Source of the DNA: a virus
DNA length: 64,000 bases
Direction: 5' to 3' (one strand)
IMG/VR virus record: IMGVR_UViG_3300032401_001514
Location: 1-64,000 of that record
A program made the translations under genes and the position numbers. The notes beneath the pieces were generated by a model. The model worked only from the letters and a program-made list of their open reading frames with translations. It had not been told where the DNA came from and did not search any database. Below, in pieces: positions 45,898-56,164 of the stretch; the first letter of the stretch is position 1; each line of letters opens with the position of its first letter.

Positions 45898-46212
45898 TTA
45901 AACCACCCCCTTAAAGATGCTTTCGAGTTTATTAACCGATAAATCCTTTAATGGCAATCGGTAATAAAACGTGTGACGACCTCCGGCTAGGCCTAAGCTT
46001 GTGGCGGAACGGCATTGAATGTCGAATCCTCCAAAGCTATCCTTGCGCAAATCTCGAAGCCTAGAGCCGGCAGAGGCGACACGGAAAGCAGACCGTGGGG
46101 TCCACTCGCTCTTCGCAGTGATCAGAGTGTGCAAAACACGCTGAGTGTTGTTCGAAAATCTACGACGATTTAGTTTAGTCATTAATGTAACTAATGTTCT
46201 ACTCATATTCAT
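45898..46212 (-). CDS. GC-rich small protein, possible winged HTH
   Basis: ggag RBS; SAGSRLRDLRK...FDIQC...YYRL pattern. Confidence 0.55.
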   Translation of the reverse strand: MNMSRTLVTLMTKLNRRRFSNNTQRVLHTLITAKSEWTPRSAFRVASAGSRLRDLRKDSFGGFDIQCRSATSLGLAGGRHTFYYRLPLKDLSVNKLESIFKGVV

Positions 46213-46299
46213 TCTCCGTCTTTCCAACTTTTTTAGTTGGATTGTTTGTTGTTTAAAACTAAAGTTATATCGAAAAGGACGCTCGACATTTTAGAACTA

Positions 46300-46479
46300 T
46301 TATTTTTTCAAAACAGGAATTTCTTCCGTTAATTTAATCCATTCTTCTAAACTAACTTCAGCAGAATTTACTATTTTCTTAAGAGAGTTATTAGAATCTT
46401 TTGCCCCAAGAATAATAGCTATCTTATCTTCGGAATAATAAATTTCTATAAAGCTGTTGTTATCAAAATCTATTCTCAT
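46300..46479 (-). CDS. small hypothetical protein (absent from the ORF track)
   Basis: 59 aa MRIDFDNNSF...PVLKK, overlaps the LAGLIDADG stop. Confidence 0.5.
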   Translation of the reverse strand: MRIDFDNNSFIEIYYSEDKIAIILGAKDSNNSLKKIVNSAEVSLEEWIKLTEEIPVLKK

Positions 46480-47297
46480 AATTTCCTATTTAAATATTTT
46501 TTTCTAGTAACAACAATTGATTGACACAGATCATATTTTCGTTTCAAATATATTGTTGAATCATTATACAAATAATCTTTTATTTCGGTGCAAATTATAT
46601 TTCCTGAATATTTTAACATTCCGAAACCACTGTTTATTTTTGGTCTTGTTTTTGAATTTATATGCAAATTATTTTCAAAAATATTCATAAATTGGGTTAA
46701 CACAGATATTGTCCCACGTATATTAATCTCTGCTTTTCTTGGCAATTTAGAAAATGTAATACATCCATCACCATCAAAATAACCTCGAATAAAATGGTTT
46801 ACTAATTTATGAGTAATTAACCAATTAGGCATATCATATATATGGGTTTTTCTTTGTGTTAAATTAAATCTATTTAAATCATCAAATAATTGACTTGATG
46901 ATATGCATATAGTATGTTTTATACTATCTTTCCATTTGCTGTTTGTAAGACTATGTTTTGTTATTGATTTACTAATTGGGCCACTATAATTTAATGTATT
47001 TTTTAATAATTGCACATGGCTTAAATCTTTTTCTGCTAATGACAAAATTAATCTTTTAGAATTTTGTTTTTTATATAAACAGCCATCAGCTGCTAAAAAT
47101 CCGGCCCAATAAAAACTAGCCTCATTATCTTTTGAAAAAAAATAATGATTGCATTCATATCTGCTTCTTGTTGTAAATAAATGACTTAAATCATTAAGCT
47201 CAAATAATAAATCTTTATAATTTATATTAAATTTATCAGATATATTTTTCAATAAATTATTTTTAATAATTTCTAAACTTATTTTTTCATTCGTCAT
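46476..47297 (-). CDS. LAGLIDADG homing endonuclease
   Basis: YWAGFLAADGC and FIRGYFDGDG. Confidence 0.9.
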   Translation of the reverse strand: MTNEKISLEIIKNNLLKNISDKFNINYKDLLFELNDLSHLFTTRSRYECNHYFFSKDNEASFYWAGFLAADGCLYKKQNSKRLILSLAEKDLSHVQLLKNTLNYSGPISKSITKHSLTNSKWKDSIKHTICISSSQLFDDLNRFNLTQRKTHIYDMPNWLITHKLVNHFIRGYFDGDGCITFSKLPRKAEINIRGTISVLTQFMNIFENNLHINSKTRPKINSGFGMLKYSGNIICTEIKDYLYNDSTIYLKRKYDLCQSIVVTRKKYLNRKL

Positions 47298-48102
47298 TAG
47301 TTATTTCTGTTATAATATGATTTCCGTCTTCCATGATTGTAATAGAATGTTCAAAATGAGCATTAATATCTTCTGTCGTTACAGTCCAATTATCTGGTGA
47401 AATCTTTGTTTTAGTAGATCCTATTACTAATAATGGTTCTATTGCAATGGATAATCCTGGCTGTATTGTAATTCCTTCATTTTGATTAGCTTTGTTAGCA
47501 ACGAATGGTTCGGAGTGCGGTTTGTTATAATCTATCCCGTGCCCTCCGTAGGTTTCTATTACATTAAACCCAGTAGCTTGAGCATGTTTATAAATGGCAT
47601 TACCTATTACGCCAAGTTTTTTGCCTATTGCAACAGATTTGATTGCTAGCCTTAATGCTTCTTTACAAGCATTAACTAACCGAACGTGTTCCGGATTTTT
47701 TGGAACGCCATATATAGCTGTGCGAGCAGCATCTGCAATTGCTCCCTCATAAGTGGCTCCAAGATCCAAACTAACAATATCACCATCACATAAGATATAA
47801 TCATTTGGTATTCCATGAACTAATTGTTTATTTACTGAAAGGCAAACAGACCCTGGAAAGCCTTTATAATTTTTAAATGTTGGTGTACAATTATAAAATC
47901 TCATATAAGTAAGAGCCATTTGTTCAATGTCTATCAAAGATAAATTAGGTGTTTTATCTTTGATCATTTGATCAAATGCTTTAAGTATATTAGATACGCA
48001 TCGCCCAGCATGTTTTTGACGATTTAGCCAAACATAATCTTTTAATATAATAAGATTATGATTATCAAACGTTGGCAGCAGGTTCTTTTGAAGTTTTGAC
48101 AT
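47287..48102 (-). CDS. map: methionine aminopeptidase type I
   Basis: SVNKQLVHGIP, DLG...D.A, YGGHGI, AIEP, HFEHSI. Confidence 0.93.
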   Translation of the reverse strand: MSKLQKNLLPTFDNHNLIILKDYVWLNRQKHAGRCVSNILKAFDQMIKDKTPNLSLIDIEQMALTYMRFYNCTPTFKNYKGFPGSVCLSVNKQLVHGIPNDYILCDGDIVSLDLGATYEGAIADAARTAIYGVPKNPEHVRLVNACKEALRLAIKSVAIGKKLGVIGNAIYKHAQATGFNVIETYGGHGIDYNKPHSEPFVANKANQNEGITIQPGLSIAIEPLLVIGSTKTKISPDNWTVTTEDINAHFEHSITIMEDGNHIITEITNDE

Positions 48103-48115
48103 TTTTCTTAAGCTT

Positions 48116-48184
48116 CTTTACAGGAGCTTCCCGCGAGTCTTTACAGGAGCTTCCCGCGAGTCTTTACAGGAGCTTCCCGTGAGT
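48116..48184. repeat. 23-bp tandem repeat, 3 copies
   Basis: ctttacaggagcttcccg[ct]gagt at 48116, 48139 and 48162. Confidence 0.95.
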
Positions 48185-48479
48185 CATTAACAGCAGCAAC
48201 CGTAGCTTCCTCGACAGAAATTCTCTTTACTGAAGTTCTATCAAGCTTTGATCTTTCTTCCGCTATTCTCTTGTTAATATCTTCTATGTCATCTTTATCT
48301 TGTTGAGACGAGCTGCTTAATAATAAATCAACAAACATTTTATCTAACTTCATACCTTCTTGTTGCAGTTTATGAAGTTGAGGTTTCGGAACAACGCCAC
48401 GACCTGTATTTAAAATGCTTGCTATATGATTTTTTACAGAGGCGATATTAGCTAGCTGTTGTAAGTCTTTACTGTCCAT
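48141..48479 (-). CDS. hypothetical protein, C-terminus frameshifted by the 23-bp repeat
   Basis: Stop codon lies inside the second repeat copy. Confidence 0.6.
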   Translation of the reverse strand: MDSKDLQQLANIASVKNHIASILNTGRGVVPKPQLHKLQQEGMKLDKMFVDLLLSSSSQQDKDDIEDINKRIAEERSKLDRTSVKRISVEEATVAAVNDSREAPVKTRGKLL

Positions 48480-48744
48480 TTTCTAATTCCTTTATCTCGG
48501 GTTGCTCAGGTTGTTCAGGTTGCTTTGCTCTTGAAATTTTACCATCATCTCTGATGTCATCTTTGCCTGGTATAAGATTATATTTCATAAATAATGATAA
48601 AACTACATATTTAGCTTCCATTTGAGCAGCTTTGCTTTCAGCAATAGCTTTATCTGCCATAGAAGATGCTAACATAGAGTTTGATACTATTTGTCTATAA
48701 GCTAGTAAATCATTAGCCGACAAGTGTTCTTCTTCTAAAGTCAT
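48469..48744 (-). CDS. hypothetical protein
   Basis: 91-aa ORF. Confidence 0.55.
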   Translation of the reverse strand: MTLEEEHLSANDLLAYRQIVSNSMLASSMADKAIAESKAAQMEAKYVVLSLFMKYNLIPGKDDIRDDGKISRAKQPEQPEQPEIKELENGQ

Positions 48745-48785
48745 ATTTTCCTATATATCATCTCTCATAATTATTACTCTTTGTG

Positions 48786-49181
48786 CTAATCAGTATCGCT
48801 AGTATTGTCATCTTGTTCATCAAAAACTGACCAAAATTCAATGTTGATAAGGGTATATATTTTTTTTTTCGGATCCAATTGAGATAGATCTTCATGCAAT
48901 TCATATTTTGGTTTTTTCCATTTTCCAATAATATGTTTCTCTAAATATATTGTTATTCCTCCATCCTTATCATCTAACACTAACAAGTCATTAAAATTAA
49001 GTATTTTGCGAAGCTTAATTTTTTGTTCTATTGTCATGTCCTCATTGTTTTCAGAAAAACAATCGCTTAATTCTAGACCGCATTGTAATAATACATTTTT
49101 GGTCCAAGAAAATTGATATTGTGTAGCTATTTGCTTAGCATTCTCTCTATCAACCGCTAATGTTTCTTTGTTCCAGTTCAT
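48786..49181 (-). CDS. hypothetical protein
   Basis: 131-aa ORF coupled to the RNR stop. Confidence 0.6.
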   Translation of the reverse strand: MNWNKETLAVDRENAKQIATQYQFSWTKNVLLQCGLELSDCFSENNEDMTIEQKIKLRKILNFNDLLVLDDKDGGITIYLEKHIIGKWKKPKYELHEDLSQLDPKKKIYTLINIEFWSVFDEQDDNTSDTD

Positions 49182-51649
49182 TAACTACAACCGGACCATG
49201 GACATTCAGTGCAACGAACGCACCCCTCTTCATAAATTTTTTCAGAGGAACATGTTTCTGGGTTTTTACAAGCTATCTTACGTGACACATTATGTTTTTT
49301 CTCTTGTTCAGATCCGAGAATGTTCTTCGTAATTGGCTTAATAAGCGTATGTTGTTTTGTGGGCAATACGGTCTGAATAACAATCTCATTTTCATGTTTT
49401 GTATTTTCCGTTTTGGTGTATGACCTGAGTGCTTTAGCAATACTAACCGGGATAGAGTACAGATATTGCCCATCAACTTTTTCCAATTGTTTAGAGACGA
49501 ATTCAACCGGCACTCCATGACGCAAAGCTAAGCTTGCTAATCTAGAAGCCACTTCCAAAATTTGTATATCCTTCATATTACTGGCTACAGGAGCATTAAT
49601 AAATACTTCATATGGGTCATTAGTATCGGGGAAGAACGAAACTGTAATGTAAGCATTCTTTAATTCGGAATCTCCGGTATCAATTTTAATTTTGTGTGTT
49701 TGTGATTGTAGAGTCATTTGACGCTCTGGGACAATTCTATCATTGTCTTTAGTATCGCTTTCTGTCAATAGAACCCCGTCACGACTACCATCAACATATA
49801 CAGTAATGCCTTTCAATCCGTTTTTCCAGGCGTCCATATACAGCTTGCCGACCACTTCAGATTTTGTCCCTTTAGGAAGATTTATTGTTGAAGAGATCGA
49901 GTGGTCCAAGTATAGTTGTTCTACGCCTTGTAATCTAACTCTTGCGTTTGCATCAATCTGATCTGATGTCACAAAATAATCAGGAAGATTGCTATCATTT
50001 TCGTTTTGAAACTTCTTTTTATAAGCTTCAACATTAGGATGATAAATTTTATACTCTTGCCATTTATCACCCACGACATCTATGAAATCAACTCTTACAT
50101 TTTGATCATTTGGATTTATCTTTTTTCTTCTAATCAAAAAATTTCTGAAAACAGGTTCTACTCCAGAGGATGTATAAAATCTATTAAATTGTCCAACCTT
50201 GCTAATTGCTGATACTGACCCTGTAGGCGCCTGAGTTAAAATAGATATATTTCTGCGACCATGTTCGCTTATGTCTTTTTGTATTTTTTTAGGAAGTCTT
50301 TTAATAAATGGGCAGTTTTTTTCAATAGACCAATCAAAAGCGGGAAATGGGCCACGAATTTTTGCAAGGTCAACCGATTTAGAATATGCTGTATCTCTAA
50401 ATATAGAATATATCTTATCTATAATTTCAATAGATTCTTCACTGTCATATTTTATTTTAAGCTGAGCAAGAGCGTCTGCTAAAGCGTGTGTTCCTAATCC
50501 TGTTCTTCTACCTTGCTCTCCAGCATTTCTAAGCTTGTTCCACAATTTAGTTTCATGTTCGCTACCACAAGCTAATTTAATTTTGTCAATTAGCTCCAAC
50601 TCTATATCAACTAAATTGTCAATCATTTGCATAGCTGTACAAATATCTTCTTTGAATAAATCAAAATCAAATGAGACATCTTCTTCAAAGGCGTTGCGAA
50701 TATAACCAGTTAGGTTTAATGATATTAATCGGCAACTGTCATATGGCGAAAGGCAAATTTCTGAGCATGGATTTGTGCTTTGGCTTTTAAATTGTGGATA
50801 ATAATGTGCTGGCAAATTCTCAGTCATGCTATCCCACATGATCAATCCTGGCTCGGCTGTAGTTGTTGCGGATTCGATAATCTCATTCCATATTTGTTTA
50901 GCCGAAACCATTTTTCTAATTTTCGGTTCTCCTTCACATGGCCATCGTTGTTCATATAACGAATCAGTTTCTACCGCTTTTAAAAACTCATTACTTAAAC
51001 GAACAGATATATTAGCTCCCGTCACTTTAGTTTTATCATGTTTCATATTGATAAAATTTATAATATCTGGATGATGTACATCCAGTGTTATCATAAGTGC
51101 GCCTCTGCGAGAATTTTGCCCAATCATTCTTGTTATATATGAGAAAAAATCAGAAAAACTCCAGGCCCCACTAGTTGTGCGAGCGGCGTTATTTACCAAT
51201 GCTCCATCCGGACGAAGGGTGGATAGATCAATTCCTACACCAGCTCTTCGTTTCATTAACTGCGCTAAGTCAAGCCCAGACATTATAATGCCTTCTATAC
51301 TATCTATTGGGCTTTGTATCACTACACAATTTGAAGCGCTCATAATTTGATATGGATTGCCAACGGCCGACATAGGGCTGCCTTGTGGGACAATCCTAGC
51401 AAATTTATCCATGGCATTACGATATATCTTGAACCGCTCATCATAATTCAAACCATACTTTTCAGCGTCTATTCTGGCAAATTCAGATGCTAAACGATCA
51501 TGCATATAATCTGGTGTTGGTTCCAGAATATTTAAGTCATTATCGCGCAAAGCATATTTGCTTAGGAATACACTTGTGGTATATTCTGCGCCATTAAAAT
51601 ACTCTAAAGACTGATTCCACGCTTCATCAAAAGAAAAAACTTTAGTCAT
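49181..51649 (-). CDS. nrdJ: class II (B12-dependent) ribonucleotide reductase
   Basis: SNC, TNPCSE, APTG, SSTIN, C-terminal domain and Zn ribbon; no beta subunit in the window. Confidence 0.85.
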   Translation of the reverse strand: MTKVFSFDEAWNQSLEYFNGAEYTTSVFLSKYALRDNDLNILEPTPDYMHDRLASEFARIDAEKYGLNYDERFKIYRNAMDKFARIVPQGSPMSAVGNPYQIMSASNCVVIQSPIDSIEGIIMSGLDLAQLMKRRAGVGIDLSTLRPDGALVNNAARTTSGAWSFSDFFSYITRMIGQNSRRGALMITLDVHHPDIINFINMKHDKTKVTGANISVRLSNEFLKAVETDSLYEQRWPCEGEPKIRKMVSAKQIWNEIIESATTTAEPGLIMWDSMTENLPAHYYPQFKSQSTNPCSEICLSPYDSCRLISLNLTGYIRNAFEEDVSFDFDLFKEDICTAMQMIDNLVDIELELIDKIKLACGSEHETKLWNKLRNAGEQGRRTGLGTHALADALAQLKIKYDSEESIEIIDKIYSIFRDTAYSKSVDLAKIRGPFPAFDWSIEKNCPFIKRLPKKIQKDISEHGRRNISILTQAPTGSVSAISKVGQFNRFYTSSGVEPVFRNFLIRRKKINPNDQNVRVDFIDVVGDKWQEYKIYHPNVEAYKKKFQNENDSNLPDYFVTSDQIDANARVRLQGVEQLYLDHSISSTINLPKGTKSEVVGKLYMDAWKNGLKGITVYVDGSRDGVLLTESDTKDNDRIVPERQMTLQSQTHKIKIDTGDSELKNAYITVSFFPDTNDPYEVFINAPVASNMKDIQILEVASRLASLALRHGVPVEFVSKQLEKVDGQYLYSIPVSIAKALRSYTKTENTKHENEIVIQTVLPTKQHTLIKPITKNILGSEQEKKHNVSRKIACKNPETCSSEKIYEEGCVRCTECPWSGCS

Positions 51650-51659
51650 TGCTATTCTA

Positions 51660-52310
51660 CTACTCTCTGATTGTTTGTAAATTGTTTCTTAAAATACTTT
51701 CAGCTTCGTCCAAAATTTTCATACATGCCGGTCTTGATATTTTCAATTGTTCTGAAATTTTACTGATTGATGAATTAGATTCGCTTCTAGTAAATTCGTG
51801 CTTCATCATTATTGCTTTTTTATGAATTTCAGGAAGATTGTCTATAGCCTCAATGACCTTTTTTCTTTTTTCAGAAATTTCAATATTTTGTTGTGGGTCA
51901 CGTAAATCCACTATTATTGGCATATTGCTAATTTTATAAGGCTGTAGCAGCTTTGCTTTTTTTAATGGATATCTGATAGTGCTGTGAGCGTTTGCGGCTC
52001 TCGATATTCTTGTTGAGATGTATTGGTGAGCCCATCCTACGAAATTGCCTTTGCTTGCATCAAAAGTTTTAAGAGCTTGAATTAAAGCTTCAAATCCATC
52101 TTGATTTAAATCTGGATAGTTAGAGTATTTTCTGTATTTATTTGTCCTCATTGTAATTAGAGGCTCTAATTTTTTCATACAATAATTTTGATAGTTAATA
52201 AACTCATTTTGAGTTTTGAAGTTTTTAGATTTTTCGGCTTTATTTTTTAATTTTATATATTCATTAGCCAAATCGTCTATCTCTTGTTGGGTAAGATTGT
52301 TAGCACTCAT
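51660..52310 (-). CDS. RNA polymerase sigma-70 family factor
   Basis: DLNQDGFEALIQA.KTFD.SKGNF..WA region 2; region 4 HTH. Confidence 0.85.
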   Translation of the reverse strand: MSANNLTQQEIDDLANEYIKLKNKAEKSKNFKTQNEFINYQNYCMKKLEPLITMRTNKYRKYSNYPDLNQDGFEALIQALKTFDASKGNFVGWAHQYISTRISRAANAHSTIRYPLKKAKLLQPYKISNMPIIVDLRDPQQNIEISEKRKKVIEAIDNLPEIHKKAIMMKHEFTRSESNSSISKISEQLKISRPACMKILDEAESILRNNLQTIRE

Positions 52311-52462
52311 GTATCTCCTTTTAAAGAATCTGCATCAGAATCGGGCTCGTCCTTAAGATCATCGATAATTGATTCGATAGTACATTTTATTATTTCAATA
52401 TCTTCGATATTTAATAAAACATTAAGAACTTTTATTAAATATTGATGATCAATTTTTTTCAT
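52307..52462 (-). CDS. small hypothetical protein (absent from the ORF track)
   Basis: 51 aa MKKIDHQY...; ATGA overlap with the sigma gene. Confidence 0.5.
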   Translation of the reverse strand: MKKIDHQYLIKVLNVLLNIEDIEIIKCTIESIIDDLKDEPDSDADSLKGDT

Positions 52463-52742
52463 CTCTTAATTTCATTTGATGATAAGCTGTTTCGCCAACA
52501 ACATTGGCTCTTAGATTTTCATTTTTTCGCATTTCTCTACGAAGATTTACGCGATCTTCTTTAACCTTGGCTTTAAATTCCTGGTGCCCAAGTTCTACGC
52601 GCCCTGCTACTGGGGATATTAAACGTACCACTTTGCCTTTAGTGTTACATAATGGGCAAATATTAGGTGGATCAACTTTTATTGAATAAGAAGCTTCAAA
52701 TTCTTTATTACAGGCTTTACAGAGATGTTCATAGACGGGCAT
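52449..52742 (-). CDS. FmdB-family Zn-ribbon protein
   Basis: MPVYEHLCKAC...CPLC...RLIS. Confidence 0.85.
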   Translation of the reverse strand: MPVYEHLCKACNKEFEASYSIKVDPPNICPLCNTKGKVVRLISPVAGRVELGHQEFKAKVKEDRVNLRREMRKNENLRANVVGETAYHQMKLRDEKN

Positions 52743-52743
52743 T

Positions 52744-52926
52744 TCATTCCTTTGAAATTATTAACTTTCTGTCAATAATTTTTAGTTCTATATCTTTGGT
52801 CCAATCTTTTTTAATTGATTTTTTAAAATCTTCATCGACAATTTCAAAAACTAAATATACTTCATCAGTATCTTTTATATATTCTACTCTGACGGCCTCT
52901 GCCACAATATGAAAATTATCGGACAT
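52744..52926 (-). CDS. hypothetical protein
   Basis: 60-aa ORF coupled to both neighbours. Confidence 0.5.
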   Translation of the reverse strand: MSDNFHIVAEAVRVEYIKDTDEVYLVFEIVDEDFKKSIKKDWTKDIELKIIDRKLIISKE

Positions 52927-54372
52927 TTATTCTCCAGATATTATATTGCTTATTATATCTGCCATATCCAGTGATATATCATCTCTTGAACTAAGGTAAT
53001 TAGACATGCCTCTATCTCCTTCGCAATTATAAGGCTTGTCTGTAATACGAGAATGAGCGAAATTCTTAGTAACAGAATGTGTTCCTACCTGCCCGTCTCT
53101 GTTCTTTATTATATGATAAGCTAAATCCGGCCTTTCTTTTTCGCCCTTTCTATTTGCGATTTGAATAACAATAGAAGCGTGATGGGCAATTAAAGCGGAT
53201 CTGCCAATCCTATGTAATCCAATATCATCCTCGTCAGTCTTATCTTTAAATTTTTTATCAGACTTATTTAATTGAACGGCAGTTAATATCGGAATTTGAT
53301 GGGTTCTAGCAAACTCATGAACCCGGCCCGTTAATTCGCCTAACTTTAACCAATCTTGCTGATCCGCTCCATCTTGATTAATGTTGTCCATTAATCCTAA
53401 ATAATCAATAACAATAACGTCTGGCCTGTATCTAGATTTAGCTTCTTGGTAATGTAGTTCTAATTCATCTGTAGTAAAACCACGAGCCACATCTATAATA
53501 TCAAATTCATGTGGGTATCTTTCCATGAATTTAAGAGACCTGGCCATAGATTTAGCTTCTAATGCATTTAATTTAGAGTCTCTAATGCCATAGGACGGAA
53601 TGTCTGCTATTTGTGATATGGTCCTTCTGAAACAATCTTGATAAGGCATTTCTAAACTGAAATACATAACATTGTAACCAGTAGTAAGTTCTTCTTGAGG
53701 AGTATCTATCGTATTATTTTGCATCCACATATTAATTGCCATGTTGTTTAACATCATGCTTTTACCATTACCAGTTTCTCCGCACACTATTAATAAATCT
53801 GCTGGACGCAATCCGTTCTTCAAAAAATCAAGACAAGAATAACCTGTTAAAATTCCCTTTCCTAATTCTGGGTTTTTAAATTTAGCTGTGTACTCCTTCT
53901 TAAATTCAGGGACATATTGACGAAGTGTTTTCTTTTCAAAAGAACGCTCCTTGCTTAAAGAGCGAATATCTGCCATTGTTGTTTCAATGGAGTTTATATG
54001 CTGTCCTACATCGTTTGTAATTTCTTCTGGTAGAGTAGATCTTAAATTACCAATAATATTTTGAACATATCTGGTTTTTAGTTTTTCTATATCAAAATTA
54101 TAATCTGATTCATCGTATGTAAAATCAGATGTATATTCCCAATACCTATCAATTTCTTCTGATAAATTTCTATTCCTTGAAAAATCTATTAAAGAATCTT
54201 TTGTTGGTTTGCTTCTATAAATCTTTACATAATCAATCATGCAATTAATTATTTGTTTATTTACTGGATCAAGAAACAGTTTAGAACTATGTAAGTAGGC
54301 AAAATCCATGGCCAAACGTTGATGATCTATAATGGCCTTCATAATACGCATTTCTAAATCTAATTTGCTCAT
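52927..54372 (-). CDS. DnaB-like replicative helicase
   Basis: GETGNGKS, FSLEM, IDYLGL, TAVQLN, KNRDG. Confidence 0.9.
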   Translation of the reverse strand: MSKLDLEMRIMKAIIDHQRLAMDFAYLHSSKLFLDPVNKQIINCMIDYVKIYRSKPTKDSLIDFSRNRNLSEEIDRYWEYTSDFTYDESDYNFDIEKLKTRYVQNIIGNLRSTLPEEITNDVGQHINSIETTMADIRSLSKERSFEKKTLRQYVPEFKKEYTAKFKNPELGKGILTGYSCLDFLKNGLRPADLLIVCGETGNGKSMMLNNMAINMWMQNNTIDTPQEELTTGYNVMYFSLEMPYQDCFRRTISQIADIPSYGIRDSKLNALEAKSMARSLKFMERYPHEFDIIDVARGFTTDELELHYQEAKSRYRPDVIVIDYLGLMDNINQDGADQQDWLKLGELTGRVHEFARTHQIPILTAVQLNKSDKKFKDKTDEDDIGLHRIGRSALIAHHASIVIQIANRKGEKERPDLAYHIIKNRDGQVGTHSVTKNFAHSRITDKPYNCEGDRGMSNYLSSRDDISLDMADIISNIISGE

Positions 54373-55082
54373 TAAAACTTCCTTTCGGCCTGACCAATTT
54401 TTCTATGATCATTGCCAAGAACAATAATCGTATTCACCTCATTCATAAGGCTCGAAATACTTTCTTTGATTGTTCCGTGAAACGCATCTGTCAAGCTTTG
54501 CGAATTGGTACACATAAATGTTGGCAAGCAATTTTGAGAGCGTGTTCTAAATATGTCCTCAACAATTCTGCCAAAGAAATCAGAGGCCGTATCTGTATTA
54601 CCCATGTATCTTGGATCAAACTCATCAATAACCAAAAAATCAACAGATATTAATTCATTTCTAACCTCATAACGTTCGTTGGATGTAGAGGCGGATACGA
54701 TATCAGTTAACGTTACATAAAGAGCCGAAAATCCTTTTTCTACCGCACGTTTAAGAATGTTTGAACAAACCGTAGTTTTTCCACATCCGAAAGAACCAGC
54801 AAAACAAAGTCCTGCGCCTTTTTGATAAGTTTTCTTAAGATCCTTTACTACATTTTCATAATGTTTTTTCAATACATCATCTCCGGAAAAGTTATTCATC
54901 TCAAGCTCCCAATAACGCACCGGGATATTTGCTTCGCCGTATCTGGTAAAAGCTTTATTTAATGTAATGCAACGTTGGCATTTGATACTGCTTCCTTTAC
55001 ATTGCTCACATGAATTATAAACATTATATAAAATATCGTTTATTTTTTTTTCTGGTATATTTCTTAAAGCATTGCGACTCAT
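54372..55082 (-). CDS. DnaC/IstB-like helicase loader
   Basis: N-terminal Cys cluster, GSFGCGKTT, LVIDE, TFMCTN. Confidence 0.85.
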   Translation of the reverse strand: MSRNALRNIPEKKINDILYNVYNSCEQCKGSSIKCQRCITLNKAFTRYGEANIPVRYWELEMNNFSGDDVLKKHYENVVKDLKKTYQKGAGLCFAGSFGCGKTTVCSNILKRAVEKGFSALYVTLTDIVSASTSNERYEVRNELISVDFLVIDEFDPRYMGNTDTASDFFGRIVEDIFRTRSQNCLPTFMCTNSQSLTDAFHGTIKESISSLMNEVNTIIVLGNDHRKIGQAERKF

Positions 55083-55088
55083 ATTGTC

Positions 55089-55544
55089 CTACTTCTTTAA
55101 TTTAAGAAAGCCGGGAGAATTATAATTAAGTGGATATTTTTTTAAAAACTGTGTTTTATTAAAATGTTTTTCTACATTTTTTCGTTCATTACTAATTCTA
55201 TCAAGATGAGCATCTGCTGTTTTTAAAGCGTGAAATTTAATTGACCCATCAGCTTGAACGTCTTTTGATGGTTTAATAGGATAGTTAAGTTGTTCTGCCT
55301 GAACACCTTTTATACTAACTGGTTCCTCTTCGTCTTCGTCTTCAGTTTCATATTCATTAATAGCTGCTTTTTCATCTAATATTTTGAATCCAACAACATA
55401 TTTTTCTTTAATACAGCTTGTTAAATCAGTATTAGGATCTCTAATTTCAATCCATTCATCACCCCATTCTTCTACAAATCCGCTTTCTGTTATAGCTCCT
55501 TCTAAAACAACAGTAACCATATTTCCGATTTTTGGATATTTCAT
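55089..55544 (-). CDS. hypothetical protein
   Basis: 151-aa ORF. Confidence 0.55.
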   Translation of the reverse strand: MKYPKIGNMVTVVLEGAITESGFVEEWGDEWIEIRDPNTDLTSCIKEKYVVGFKILDEKAAINEYETEDEDEEEPVSIKGVQAEQLNYPIKPSKDVQADGSIKFHALKTADAHLDRISNERKNVEKHFNKTQFLKKYPLNYNSPGFLKLKK

Positions 55545-56164
55545 TTTACTCCTTCAAGTGTTGATTCTTCGAATCCTAATGATCTTAGATGTAAGAACAG
55601 TTTGCGATATGGCGCTCGTGACTCGCTATCTGGCGCTTGGTCTAAAGCTTTTTTGATAAAAGCTAACTCCCCATACGTATTAACATTTATTCCAATCGAT
55701 TCGGCTAATGATTTGTATTCATCAGGAAGGACGGAGCTACGGGTTATTTGGTTGTTCTTCTCTCGTTCAAAATAAAATTCATTTCCTATCCCGGATATCA
55801 TAAAATAAGCAAGAGTTCTTATGTTTTTTTTCTGAGGGATAATCTTCTTATCGTAAATCCAGTCAACATATTCTTTAATGATATGCATATTAGTAGTGCC
55901 CAACATAGCCATCATGTTATTAGTTAAACGAACATCTGGACTTTTAGAAGGCGCGTTTTTTATGGTTACAGAAAATTTTCTGCCATAATGTTGCTGAAAT
56001 CTTTTACAGATATAAGCTAAAACATGCACATCTTTCCATTGGGATACTTTAAGAGTTTCTATCTCTTCAAATTTCTTAAAGAACTTTTGCCAAGGCTTGC
56101 TTAAAGCGGCCAATGGGTCGTTTGAATTTTCTGTTTGGTCTGACACTTTATTCACCAGGACCAA
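55541..56164 (-). CDS. hypothetical protein in the replication cluster
   Basis: 207-aa ORF; start may be GTG 56146. Confidence 0.6.
   Translation of the reverse strand: MVLVNKVSDQTENSNDPLAALSKPWQKFFKKFEEIETLKVSQWKDVHVLAYICKRFQQHYGRKFSVTIKNAPSKSPDVRLTNNMMAMLGTTNMHIIKEYVDWIYDKKIIPQKKNIRTLAYFMISGIGNEFYFEREKNNQITRSSVLPDEYKSLAESIGINVNTYGELAFIKKALDQAPDSESRAPYRKLFLHLRSLGFEESTLEGVK

Noticed and set aside
52307-52462. Possible read-through of the FmdB stop codon
   Set aside because: On recount the downstream frame has its own ATG (52462) and is an ordinary small overlapping gene.
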